Shown here: positions 31,830-39,656 of the stretch, piece by piece
Numbering within the stretch: the stretch's first letter is position 1
How the letters are laid out: each line of letters begins with the position of its first letter
IMG/VR virus record: IMGVR_UViG_3300020416_000002
DNA: 64,000 nucleotides
Strand: one strand, 5' to 3'
Origin: a virus
The notes under the pieces: generated by a model
The model's database searches: none
What the model was told of the DNA's origin: nothing
The model's input: only the letters and a program-made list of their open reading frames with translations
Position numbers and translations under genes: made by a program

Positions 31830-32293
31830 TTTAATTTAAACGCCAAGGTGATCCTCATCGGGCAATTCTGGTTTGAGAAGGCATACCCCTTATGTTGTAT
31901 GTTGCCGTCAAACACAATTAACCGATTCTGTACGGGTGGTATGATGATCTGTTCATCTCCACTTATTAGTTGTGTGAATCCTCCCCACTCTGGTCGAGAG
32001 GGGTTGACATATAATAACACGGTTCGCACACAATTATCTATGTGCAAAGAACCATCCCTACCAGGCCATTGCCCGTTAAAGTATATTTCGTCTACCTTAT
32101 AGTCGCCGTCTAATATTGGTCTGAGTTGCCCCCAGAGGTGTTTATTATAGTACTCCCTATCACTTACATCATAATGTAGGAAATCATTGCCCGATCCGTT
32201 ACTAGATTGAATACGCCAACTAACATCATCCGTATCATTAACAACTCTCTCAAGATCTTTTGGATCTAAGAAGTTATCATATTGCTCAATCAT
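31826..32293 (-). CDS. 2OG-Fe(II) oxygenase (P4H-like)
   Basis: H-x-D (HID), distal H (QHKG), R-x-T and WGG motif. Confidence 0.85.
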   Translation of the reverse strand: MIEQYDNFLDPKDLERVVNDTDDVSWRIQSSNGSGNDFLHYDVSDREYYNKHLWGQLRPILDGDYKVDEIYFNGQWPGRDGSLHIDNCVRTVLLYVNPSRPEWGGFTQLISGDEQIIIPPVQNRLIVFDGNIQHKGYAFSNQNCPMRITLAFKLK

Positions 32294-32474
32294 TGTTCTC
32301 TTCTAAGTACACACCGTCTCCGTCTAGAGACATCATAATGTTTGTTCCTTCGTACCAATCTAATTCATTACAGAATGATTCGGGGATTATGAGAGTATAT
32401 TCGTCTGTTATCGGGTCAACCCTGAGGGATACTTTTATTTTGGAAAATTTTTTCACAAATATGTGGACTGACAC
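32286..32474 (-). CDS. AbrB/MazE-like small DNA-binding protein
   Basis: IIPESFCNELDWYEGT..MSLDGDGVYL swapped-hairpin pattern; start uncertain. Confidence 0.6.
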   Translation of the reverse strand: MSVHIFVKKFSKIKVSLRVDPITDEYTLIIPESFCNELDWYEGTNIMMSLDGDGVYLEENND

Positions 32475-32720
32475 TTAGAATTATATATCAGAAATTTTTT
32501 TTATATCTCGTTATCTCGAAGTCGATCTGGGTCGTTTATAGCTTATAAAGGTTCCATGAATTTAAATAGGCATCACCCGCCACATAATAACACATAAGAC
32601 ATAAAATAACTGTCAAAATGTAACATCGAGCACTGTCAATACTGTGCTTATGTTATACTAACTGTAGCTGTGGGTTGCTGTTAATTACTCATGAACTTTG
32701 AATCCCTGTGTGATACTGTT

Positions 32721-32750
32721 ATTATAACACATAATCTCACAGACTGTCAA
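32721..32750 (-). promoter_or_regulatory. Consensus sigma70 promoter
   Basis: TTGACA-18 nt-TATAAT with TG extension. Confidence 0.7.
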
Positions 32751-32824
32751 CAACTGTGAGCATGCTATTTGTTAGTATGTCATGATACTTTCAGGACTGT
32801 GTGTAACTTTGTGTGTCTGTGTTG

Positions 32825-32853
32825 TTGACATTTTCAAATTCTTATGTTACGCT
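32825..32853 (+). promoter_or_regulatory. Putative sigma70 promoter on the plus strand
   Basis: TTGACA-17 nt-TACGCT; no ORF downstream on this strand. Confidence 0.45.
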
Positions 32854-32963
32854 CGCTTAATGCACAACAACTCAACGCATTTAAATATACATTTAGTGAC
32901 CACACAGTTAATGACATATAACACGCATATATGTTTATTTAAGTATTTAAAATAAATGCGTAC

Positions 32964-32995
32964 TTTTCCACAAAACTGTTAATAACTGTGGAAAA
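32964..32995. promoter_or_regulatory. Inverted pair of cyanobacterial-type DnaA boxes
   Basis: TTTTCCACA (32964-32972), 14-nt spacer, TGTGGAAAA (32987-32995). Confidence 0.6.
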
Positions 32996-33078
32996 CACTT
33001 ATTAACACATAGTGCCCCTAATTGCGAGATTGATTGTGATAACTGCGATTTACACATTTGCGTACAGTATACACTTAA

Positions 33079-33303
33079 CTACGCATCTTTGTGGATTTCG
33101 TTGTTACTAACTAACTCACAATCTTTCCATTGGTGGGGATAAACTAGCATTGCAACTTTACAGGTTGGATGTAAACTATGGGGACAATGTGAGTCCTGTT
33201 CACTAACACAAAAGGTGATGTATTTGTCATCAACAAATTGTACTTCACCAATTATATTATCGTACTTAATTGTTACTCCGATTGCAAATTGTTCTTTCTG
33301 CAT
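33079..33303 (-). CDS. Hypothetical protein (SH3-like pattern)
   Basis: 74 aa; F-x-x-G..GEVQFVD..YIT. Confidence 0.65.
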   Translation of the reverse strand: MQKEQFAIGVTIKYDNIIGEVQFVDDKYITFCVSEQDSHCPHSLHPTCKVAMLVYPHQWKDCELVSNNEIHKDA

Positions 33304-33473
33304 GTTAGTAACTGATGTCTAGTTGATGTTAATAAGTCTTGAACATGTGCTGGTAATTGATCTCTACCTGCCCAAACATTCTCATAGTTGACTAACAACA
33401 AATTAAGAAAACTTAGTTGGTTATGTGATAACTCAATTGTAAATGTTGCTGTCTTATTTGTTGATGAACTCAT
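33273..33473 (-). CDS. Hypothetical protein
   Basis: 66-aa ORF in early cluster. Confidence 0.55.
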   Translation of the reverse strand: MSSSTNKTATFTIELSHNQLSFLNLLLVNYENVWAGRDQLPAHVQDLLTSTRHQLLTCRKNNLQSE

Positions 33474-33622
33474 TGTAATTTGTTGGATTGCTTAACTCTC
33501 TGGCGGCGTGACTCGCTGTTAGTTGTTGATACATAGAGACCAGATTTGACCTCTTCAGGATATGCTTCAAAGTATTTTACGATTTCTTCGTAATCAATTT
33601 GTTCGCATAGATTGTGGGGCAT
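33470..33622 (-). CDS. 50-aa hypothetical protein
   Basis: MPHNLCEQIDYEE..; ATGA coupling to the next gene. Confidence 0.5.
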   Translation of the reverse strand: MPHNLCEQIDYEEIVKYFEAYPEEVKSGLYVSTTNSESRRQRVKQSNKLQ

Positions 33623-33626
33623 GATG

Positions 33627-33788
33627 TTAATTAGTGTGAATAGATTTAGATTTTAAATTGTCACTTAAGACAGGATAATCCTCCCAGTTGATAACATATT
33701 CATCAACATGATTAAACCACAATTCTTGTGGAATAGACTCCATAAGTTTGTCAATGTAGATGTCATTTAGTTGTTCGGAATTAGTCAT
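33627..33788 (-). CDS. 53-aa hypothetical protein
   Basis: MTNSEQLNDIYIDK..; fills the gap between neighbours. Confidence 0.5.
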   Translation of the reverse strand: MTNSEQLNDIYIDKLMESIPQELWFNHVDEYVINWEDYPVLSDNLKSKSIHTN

Positions 33789-33792
33789 TTAA

Positions 33793-34089
33793 TTAACTCT
33801 CAGTAAGTGATTTGAGTGATAAGTAAGCGATATCAAAATCATTATTCATTATATCACATAAGGAGCGAATTTGTTTCTCTCCATATGCATAAATGTGAAA
33901 AATGTTGTCCTCTTCATCATCATCTTCAACATACACTATATTACAATCTTCCTGCTCATATTTATTGACAAAGTTAATAATAGTGTCATAAGATTTGTCA
34001 AAGAACTCAACAACTAACTCACCTACATATCCATGAAAAAAGTTAAGATCTTTGCTAAGTTTGTCAATTGTTAGTGATTTACGAGGCAT
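33793..34089 (-). CDS. Hypothetical acidic protein
   Basis: Start re-called at MPRKSL, downstream of the terminator hairpin. Confidence 0.6.
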   Translation of the reverse strand: MPRKSLTIDKLSKDLNFFHGYVGELVVEFFDKSYDTIINFVNKYEQEDCNIVYVEDDDEEDNIFHIYAYGEKQIRSLCDIMNNDFDIAYLSLKSLTES

Positions 34090-34110
34090 GATTGTAAGAA
34101 TGAAAGTAAT

Positions 34111-34135
34111 AAAGAAAGAGGGCAATTTGCCCTCT
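34111..34135 (-). terminator. Intrinsic terminator
   Basis: AGAGGGCA-AAT-TGCCCTCT hairpin followed by TTCTTT. Confidence 0.55.
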
Positions 34136-34140
34136 ATGTG

Positions 34141-34458
34141 TTAACTAATTGCTAACTCGAAACCGTCAACAAAATCCTCTTTGAGATTTTTGTAACCTAC
34201 GAACCACTCGAAATTCTTTTGGAATACTCTAGCACCATATGAAAATTCATCTAATAGTGCATTGAGTCTAGACTTAGTGGTGTTAGACTGCCAACCACCA
34301 TCGAAGAGTAAAATCGAATTTTGTCTTACTGTGGCAATATGGTTGCCATGAAGATAAACAAATGTCTCTGCACCATCGTGCTGAACTGAAGTGTTTGAAG
34401 AACTGAAGTTACGCCCCTGTCTGATAGCGTCGTTCATTTGTTGTTCGATTTTTCTCAT
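34141..34458 (-). CDS. Conserved early phage protein
   Basis: MRKIEQQMN..LHGNHIA..GGWQSNTTKSRLNALL; start re-called downstream of its promoter. Confidence 0.75.
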   Translation of the reverse strand: MRKIEQQMNDAIRQGRNFSSSNTSVQHDGAETFVYLHGNHIATVRQNSILLFDGGWQSNTTKSRLNALLDEFSYGARVFQKNFEWFVGYKNLKEDFVDGFELAIS

Positions 34459-34482
34459 GTGTTGTTGTTTGTTGTTATTATA

Positions 34483-34541
34483 ATAATAGGGCATTTTGGG
34501 GGTCATTGCAACCCCCTGTGTGACACTTTGTTAGGTGGCAC
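34483..34541 (-). promoter_or_regulatory. Early promoter with palindromic upstream element
   Basis: GTGACAC-N8-GTGGCAC (34520-34541) plus TTGCAA-17-TATTAT. Confidence 0.75.
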
Positions 34542-34782
34542 ATGATAGTGCTGAATTGAAAAATTGTGGAATAGTATTGAAGTCGGTTACCTCGTAACCG
34601 TAACCCTCTACACGAGAATCAACTTCATTTGTGAAATCTTTGTAATTAATATAACTCTTTGATTGAGTAGCACCTTGGAATGTGACAATCTTAAGCAACT
34701 GACGAGAGTTTATAGAACCATCCAAATACTTAACAGGATAGAAATCAACTTTCATTGATGCTTTTTTAGATGTGAGTTGCAT
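34531..34782 (-). CDS. Conserved early hypothetical protein
   Basis: MQLTSKKASMKVDFYPVK..GYGYEVTD; start re-called. Confidence 0.65.
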   Translation of the reverse strand: MQLTSKKASMKVDFYPVKYLDGSINSRQLLKIVTFQGATQSKSYINYKDFTNEVDSRVEGYGYEVTDFNTIPQFFNSALSCAT

Positions 34783-34860
34783 AGGATTGACTAGAGAAGA
34801 ATGATTGAAGCGAGGGTATCCCTCAGCGTTTGATAATGTGAGCATCGCTTCAATACTATT

Positions 34861-34918
34861 ATTATAGCGATTGAGCGAGCACTGTGGGGTGCTAGTGTGA
34901 CAGTTTGTCTACTGGCAC
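34861..34918 (-). promoter_or_regulatory. Early promoter with palindromic element
   Basis: GTGACAG-N8-CTGGCAC 30 nt from TATAAT (34861-34866). Confidence 0.75.
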
Positions 34919-35091
34919 AAGTCATTGAATCGGCGTGTTGCCTCTTCTGCTATAACTGGCAAGTATCCTAGTTTGCTATTTTGCTCTAATGCATATAATT
35001 GATCATCAGTCAAATTATGCTCTTTTCTGTAATCCTCCCATGATTCGTCGTAACATGTTTCTAAGAGTGATTCGTGGTGAAGTGATGACAT
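34909..35091 (-). CDS. Hypothetical protein
   Basis: 60 aa; MSSLHHESLLETCYDE..F-x-D-L-C-Q. Confidence 0.7.
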   Translation of the reverse strand: MSSLHHESLLETCYDESWEDYRKEHNLTDDQLYALEQNSKLGYLPVIAEEATRRFNDLCQ

Positions 35092-35117
35092 TTTTCTTAA
35101 TTCGTTTGTATATACTA

Positions 35118-35176
35118 ATTGTACATGAAAAAAGCGGTCTTGTGACCGCTCAGTGTGCAGTTTGTGAACTGTCCAC
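35118..35176 (-). promoter_or_regulatory. Early promoter with palindromic element and embedded terminator hairpin
   Basis: TGTGCAG-N8-CTGTCCA, AGCGGTCACAAGACCGCT+T-tract, TACAAT at 35118-35123. Confidence 0.7.
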
Positions 35177-35358
35177 TAATCCTGATCTTGGATTATGTCC
35201 CATACTGCGATATAATTATTTAACCATTTTTGTTGTGAAATGGTTAGGGCATCGATCTCAGCATACTGGTGCCCATATAAAAGATCGTCAGCACTCATGA
35301 AAGGAAGATCGTTTTTAGAGCAAAAATCCTCTAATACATCTGATAAAAAATCTAACAT
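35176..35358 (-). CDS. Hypothetical protein
   Basis: 60 aa; SADDLLY..Q-x-x-WL-x-x-YI. Confidence 0.65.
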   Translation of the reverse strand: MLDFLSDVLEDFCSKNDLPFMSADDLLYGHQYAEIDALTISQQKWLNNYIAVWDIIQDQD

Positions 35359-35774
35359 TACTTAACCTCCTGTGGAATTGCAACAGGTCTAGAGGTGTCT
35401 TCGTTATAAACCTGATAAGCATGCCATTTATTATCTTTGAATAGATAAGCGAACTCACCACAACATCTATCAGTCGCTTTAATAAAATCCTTGAAATTCT
35501 TATGTAATACTGGTGGCACATTCTCGCCACGCTCACTATAATATTCTGGGCATGGTTTACGCTTTACAAATTCCTGTTTGTCATAGTCATACACATTGTC
35601 TGACCAACATGAACTCATGTCACCACCATCAATTAATTCGGCAACATTTTGAATTTCATTGAACTGCTGTTCAAGAGTAACGCCTAACCACTCTGGATAA
35701 CCATCCCAGTGATGATAAGCGGATAGAATTGAACCGTCTGATAATTGAAGTCCGATGCGTGAATTAGTTGACAT
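35358..35774 (-). CDS. Conserved phage protein (YHHWDGYP motif)
   Basis: MSTNSRIG..SAYHHWDGYPEWLG..LIDGGDMS; start re-called. Confidence 0.75.
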   Translation of the reverse strand: MSTNSRIGLQLSDGSILSAYHHWDGYPEWLGVTLEQQFNEIQNVAELIDGGDMSSCWSDNVYDYDKQEFVKRKPCPEYYSERGENVPPVLHKNFKDFIKATDRCCGEFAYLFKDNKWHAYQVYNEDTSRPVAIPQEVK

Positions 35775-35801
35775 TTGTTGTTGTTTGTTTGTTATGTACT
35801 T

Positions 35802-35859
35802 ATTATAATGCCTATTGTAGAGCAATAGGGCAATAGTGTGACAGTTTGTCGATTGTCAT
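35802..35859 (-). promoter_or_regulatory. Early promoter with palindromic element
   Basis: GTGACAG-N8-TTGTCAT 30 nt from TATAAT. Confidence 0.75.
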
Positions 35860-36191
35860 AGGTATTGAATTTCTCCCTGTTCTACTGCTTCCATATATTC
35901 ACACATATCAGAATGTGCCTTTTCTTTATTGTCATTATTTTCTTTCCATGTTAAATCTTTGTAGATATCAAAAAGTATTTCCATATTGACGCCCTCCCAG
36001 TCAGTCCATGAACTGACATATTCTAATTGTGATTTGTCATAACCACCTGATTTAAGACTAGGTGCAGTTATAAACTCAAATGCAATGTCAATGAAAAAAT
36101 GTCTTCCAAACTCTTCGGATTGAATAGTTTGCAATGGAATAAATTCACCATTGTCATCATTTAAGTAATTTTTGAATATGTAAGTTCTCAT
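35856..36191 (-). CDS. Hypothetical protein
   Basis: 111-aa ORF. Confidence 0.65.
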   Translation of the reverse strand: MRTYIFKNYLNDDNGEFIPLQTIQSEEFGRHFFIDIAFEFITAPSLKSGGYDKSQLEYVSSWTDWEGVNMEILFDIYKDLTWKENNDNKEKAHSDMCEYMEAVEQGEIQYL

Positions 36192-36394
36192 TATACAATC
36201 CCCTGAGCAACTAAATCAAAAATGTCACCGTAGTCAAATACGATTTCACCAGTTGAATTTTCTCGGACACATGAATATCCGTAATCCTGACCCCATTCGA
36301 TACATGCATTTTCTGCAGTCTCTAGGTCAGATGTATAAATGTCACCACCGATAGTCTTAGATGGTGTTTCGATTGTGTAAAGGAATTTGTTCAT
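36191..36394 (-). CDS. Hypothetical protein, probably leaderless mRNA
   Basis: 67 aa; ATG 6 nt after TATAAT. Confidence 0.65.
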   Translation of the reverse strand: MNKFLYTIETPSKTIGGDIYTSDLETAENACIEWGQDYGYSCVRENSTGEIVFDYGDIFDLVAQGIV

Positions 36395-36400
36395 GTCTTT

Positions 36401-36458
36401 ATTATAAGGAAGATTTGCATGTAATAGGGAAACTGTGTGACAGTTTATTATCTGTCAC
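36401..36458 (-). promoter_or_regulatory. Early promoter with perfect palindromic element
   Basis: GTGACAG-N8-CTGTCAC 30 nt from TATAAT. Confidence 0.8.
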
Positions 36459-36715
36459 TCTCCTATAAACTTATAGTTGTAATCATAGAGTAAAATGTCT
36501 CTGACTTTCTCTCTGTCAAGTGAGTCACCATCACCCCAGTTAAAAAGTGTTTCAGTCTCATCAGCACATAATTGTAGATAGTTGTAAACTGCATTGTAAA
36601 TGTCAGTTCTACATAATGGTTGCTTAGTCTCTTTAGACATCATAGGATAAACTGGATCATCCTGACCATAAAATGAATCAATGTAATCAACAAATTCAAT
36701 CATTTCTCTTTGCAT
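36455..36715 (-). CDS. Conserved hypothetical protein
   Basis: 86 aa; FVDYIDSFYG..WGDGDSLDREKVRDIL. Confidence 0.7.
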   Translation of the reverse strand: MQREMIEFVDYIDSFYGQDDPVYPMMSKETKQPLCRTDIYNAVYNYLQLCADETETLFNWGDGDSLDREKVRDILLYDYNYKFIGE

Positions 36716-36717
36716 GA

Positions 36718-36936
36718 TTAACCCTCCCCTCTAATGTAACCATTTTCAGATTTGATGAACTGGTCTAACATAGGGATATGTAATTCAGGATCATCTAGAT
36801 CGATTCCATTTAGATGATATACACCCCACTCTGCTATCTCTTGTAAAAACTCTGACCAGTCAGCACATACACATGCAACATTACTCATATTGCGTGAATA
36901 TAGAATTCTGTTAATAACTGTTTGGGTTTTAGTCAT
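36718..36936 (-). CDS. Hypothetical protein
   Basis: 72 aa, directly after an early promoter. Confidence 0.65.
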   Translation of the reverse strand: MTKTQTVINRILYSRNMSNVACVCADWSEFLQEIAEWGVYHLNGIDLDDPELHIPMLDQFIKSENGYIRGEG

Positions 36937-36963
36937 AATACTGTTGTTGTTTGTTATATACTA

Positions 36964-37021
36964 ATTGTACACAAAAAAAGCGGTCTTGTGACCGCTTAGT
37001 GGACAGTTTGTCAACTGTCAC
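36964..37021 (-). promoter_or_regulatory. Early promoter with palindromic element and terminator hairpin (near-copy of 35118-35176)
   Basis: TGGACAG-N8-CTGTCAC, identical hairpin, TACAAT. Confidence 0.75.
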
Positions 37022-37172
37022 CATCTTTGATAAATTCATCTAGATCGTTTATAATGCTCTCAATGTCCTTTTCTTCATCATCACTCAAATCAATGTAACA
37101 TTGCTCAATGCACCATAACAGTAAATCCGCTTGATTTCTATTCAGTTTGAGATTGATTTGTGAAGTGATCAT
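37011..37172 (-). CDS. 53-aa hypothetical protein
   Basis: MITSQINLKL..; ATGA coupling. Confidence 0.5.
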   Translation of the reverse strand: MITSQINLKLNRNQADLLLWCIEQCYIDLSDDEEKDIESIINDLDEFIKDGDS

Positions 37173-37309
37173 TTGTTAAGAGGTGAATTAAAATATGCTT
37201 TGTTGACTGTGTAAACAGTAAACAATGCAACAGCGATACCCAAAAAACCTAACCAAAGAATAGGTGAATGGGGAAAATCGTAAGTTGGAATTGTCATTGA
37301 ATTTGTCAT
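37169..37309 (-). CDS. 46-aa single-pass membrane peptide
   Basis: ..YDFPHSPILWLGFLGIAVALFTVYTVNKAYFNSPLNK. Confidence 0.6.
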   Translation of the reverse strand: MTNSMTIPTYDFPHSPILWLGFLGIAVALFTVYTVNKAYFNSPLNK

Positions 37310-37312
37310 TGA

Positions 37313-37585
37313 TTAATAACCGTAATTTGGAAGTTGTGAGTCATCGTCATCTTCATTAGCAAAATACATTGCATTGAATTGAGCGATGTTTAAATAGTCC
37401 TTTTCATGATATCGTTGCCACTCTGAATCGTCTTCAGGAATAAAAACGAACTCTTCACAAAAATGCTCAACAGATGCAAGTTTTTGTTTTTCAATGCACC
37501 TGAGCATGTCACCGATCTGTTGATCATCCATTTCACATTCATCGATGCAAAATGCGATGTTCTTTTCAAGTTGTTCAGTACTCAT
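37313..37585 (-). CDS. Hypothetical acidic protein
   Basis: 90 aa; SVEHFCEEF. Confidence 0.65.
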   Translation of the reverse strand: MSTEQLEKNIAFCIDECEMDDQQIGDMLRCIEKQKLASVEHFCEEFVFIPEDDSEWQRYHEKDYLNIAQFNAMYFANEDDDDSQLPNYGY

Positions 37586-37715
37586 TGATTAGTGCCTTGA
37601 TTAGTACATTGTCAATATACTCGTTATCTGGAGCATATTCAAGTGGTCTTGTGCCACTTTCTAAACTGTCATACCAGAAGTCATTCCAGTCCTCTTTTGA
37701 TGCTTCACTGATCAT
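37575..37715 (-). CDS. 46-aa hypothetical protein
   Basis: Start re-called at MISEASKEDWNDFW. Confidence 0.45.
   Translation of the reverse strand: MISEASKEDWNDFWYDSLESGTRPLEYAPDNEYIDNVLIKALINEY
37614..37672 (-). promoter_or_regulatory. Early promoter with palindromic element
   Basis: GTGCCAC-N8-CTGTCAT 31 nt from TATATT. Confidence 0.6.
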
Positions 37716-37879
37716 GGTGCATAAACCTCCCATTGTGATTTGTTTACTGATTCTCTGCAGCACATACAAGTTAGTGCTGACCAACTAAAATGATATACTT
37801 TAGAGGTCTGGGAGCATTTAGGGCAAGTTATCCACTTGCCGTCTCTACTTGCTCTAGTGTAACGATTAACTTTAGTCAT
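37712..37879 (-). CDS. 55-aa Zn-ribbon protein (not in ORF track)
   Basis: MTKVNRYTRA..CPKC..YHFSWSALTCMCC. Confidence 0.7.
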   Translation of the reverse strand: MTKVNRYTRASRDGKWITCPKCSQTSKVYHFSWSALTCMCCRESVNKSQWEVYAP

Positions 37880-37965
37880 GAGTGAGGATCATACTTGCGA
37901 ATAATGTAAAGAGCGAGGGCAACACCTACTGATGTTGACCCGAAAATGATTAAAAACAATGGCAT
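37876..37965 (-). CDS. 29-aa membrane micropeptide
   Basis: MPLFLIIFGSTSVGVALALYIIRKYDPHS, coupled at both ends. Confidence 0.55.
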   Translation of the reverse strand: MPLFLIIFGSTSVGVALALYIIRKYDPHS

Positions 37966-38327
37966 TAACCCCTCCTAAGGTAAAGATAACCGCCTGCCCA
38001 GTCTGTAAAACTAGGATCATGCACCATTCTTCTCTCTGAAATAAGTCTCATATCAAATCTGACATGCTTTGCAGGAGATTTCCAAGATGCAGGTTTGTAA
38101 ACTTCACCAGTTTTACGATCTACAAATGCATGAACACTACCGTCATGCAAGATCTTCCAGTATTTCTTGCCTTGAGACATTGAAAATTCCTTGCCTTCCT
38201 TACCCCATCTACGAGAGTAGTTTTCTTCAAGAGATCTGCACATTTGCCAAGTCCACTTTTCTACTCTCTCTGTTAGAGATAGATTTTCATCTGCAATAGT
38301 TGCGATAGTTGGAATTGGTTTGAGCAT
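37965..38327 (-). CDS. Conserved cyanophage early protein
   Basis: GKKYWKI..SVHAFVD..GEVYKPASWKSPAKHVRF..WAGGYLY; start re-called. Confidence 0.8.
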   Translation of the reverse strand: MLKPIPTIATIADENLSLTERVEKWTWQMCRSLEENYSRRWGKEGKEFSMSQGKKYWKILHDGSVHAFVDRKTGEVYKPASWKSPAKHVRFDMRLISERRMVHDPSFTDWAGGYLYLRRG

Positions 38328-38351
38328 AAGACCTCTTGTTGTTATATTATT

Positions 38352-38409
38352 ATTATACACGCTCTAAGGCATCTGTAAGTCCATTGTGTACCACTTTATC
38401 AACTGGCAC
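38352..38409 (-). promoter_or_regulatory. Early promoter with palindromic element
   Basis: GTACCAC-N8-CTGGCAC 30 nt from TATAAT, inside the 3' end of the MTase. Confidence 0.75.
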
Positions 38410-39303
38410 ACGCTCATCAATTAATGAACTGTACTCTTCATGCAGTTCACATCCTATATAATTTCTGCCCAGATCCCTTGCTACCATTGCAGTTGTGCCA
38501 CTTCCCATGAACGGATCTAGTATGATATCACCCTTTTCTGATCCCGCTTTAATACATGGTATAATTAAATCGGGTGGAAATACTGCAAAATGAGCACCCT
38601 TATAAGGTTTATTTGTTATAGACCAAACTGATCGTTTGTTCTTTTTTGCATAACTTTTACTTAACCCTGTGTGAGGGGATAAACCAGTGCCAACATTATG
38701 ATACTTACCTTTACTACGGTTGCGAGTACCCCAGTCCCTAGCAGGTTCTTTGATTGCTTCGTTGTCATAATAATACTTTTTGTTTTTACTTAATAGGAAT
38801 AAGTATTCATGGGATTTTGTACATCTATCTCTTACACTTTCAGGCATTGGATTAGGTTTATGCCATATAATATCCTGTCTGAGATACCATCCATCTGCCC
38901 TTAATGCAAATGCCAACATCCAAGGAATACCAATTAAATCTTTCTCTTTTAGTCCCTCTAATTTGTTACCTCGTCTAGCACATTTATCAGGTAAATCTTG
39001 TTTAGTATTTGATACAGTTTGTTTAACTAATGCCTGACCTTTTCCTGGTCTATAGTTATAATAACTGTCACCAATATTTAACCATAATGTACCATCATCA
39101 GTAAGACAATTTCTAACACCTCTAAACACATTTACAAGATTATTAATATATTCTTCTGGTGTATCTTCTTGTCCTATTTGATTACTTTCTCCACCATAAT
39201 CTCTTAATCCATAATAAGGTGGGGATGTAACACACATCCTTACTTTATCATCAATTTGTTGCAATGTGTCACGACAATCGCCATATAATATGATATTATG
39301 CAT
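38353..39303 (-). CDS. DNA methyltransferase, beta class (N4-cytosine likely)
   Basis: Catalytic TSPPY before SAM-binding DPFMGSGTT; HFAVFP. Confidence 0.92.
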   Translation of the reverse strand: MHNIILYGDCRDTLQQIDDKVRMCVTSPPYYGLRDYGGESNQIGQEDTPEEYINNLVNVFRGVRNCLTDDGTLWLNIGDSYYNYRPGKGQALVKQTVSNTKQDLPDKCARRGNKLEGLKEKDLIGIPWMLAFALRADGWYLRQDIIWHKPNPMPESVRDRCTKSHEYLFLLSKNKKYYYDNEAIKEPARDWGTRNRSKGKYHNVGTGLSPHTGLSKSYAKKNKRSVWSITNKPYKGAHFAVFPPDLIIPCIKAGSEKGDIILDPFMGSGTTAMVARDLGRNYIGCELHEEYSSLIDERVPVDKVVHNGLTDALERV

Positions 39304-39458
39304 TAGTTAAGATTAATCCTCTTAACATCTACATCACCATACTGTTCTTTAACAGTTCTAGATGCTGATTGATAATTAGTAGCAGGAACTGTAACAGTAA
39401 TCAAACCCATATCGTTACGATAAAATGTAACTGAGGCGGTGCGATTGTTGCCAAACAT
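39303..39458 (-). CDS. 51-aa hypothetical protein
   Basis: Start re-called at MFGNNRTASVTFY. Confidence 0.55.
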   Translation of the reverse strand: MFGNNRTASVTFYRNDMGLITVTVPATNYQSASRTVKEQYGDVDVKRINLN

Positions 39459-39460
39459 AG

Positions 39461-39634
39461 TTAAGAATTGATAGAGGGAACAGTAGTGAGACACTTGATA
39501 ATTTCAATTTCAGTGCCTAGATCATTTTGAATTAATACCTTAGCAGCATTTGGTGTACTAGCAAACTTTTCTTCAGTATAATGTTTTCTACCGTTGGGAA
39601 GTTTGCGATAAGTAACTGACTGAATGTAAGACAT
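39461..39634 (-). CDS. 57-aa hypothetical protein (not in ORF track)
   Basis: MSYIQSVTYRKLPNG..; fills the gap. Confidence 0.55.
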   Translation of the reverse strand: MSYIQSVTYRKLPNGRKHYTEEKFASTPNAAKVLIQNDLGTEIEIIKCLTTVPSINS

Positions 39635-39656
39635 AATTGTTATTTAAATTTGTAAT

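Larger units (their letters stand above)
32475..33078. other. ~600-bp AT-rich non-coding, origin-like region
   Basis: No credible ORF; ~10 ACTGT repeats, divergent promoters and an inverted DnaA-box pair. Confidence 0.55.
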
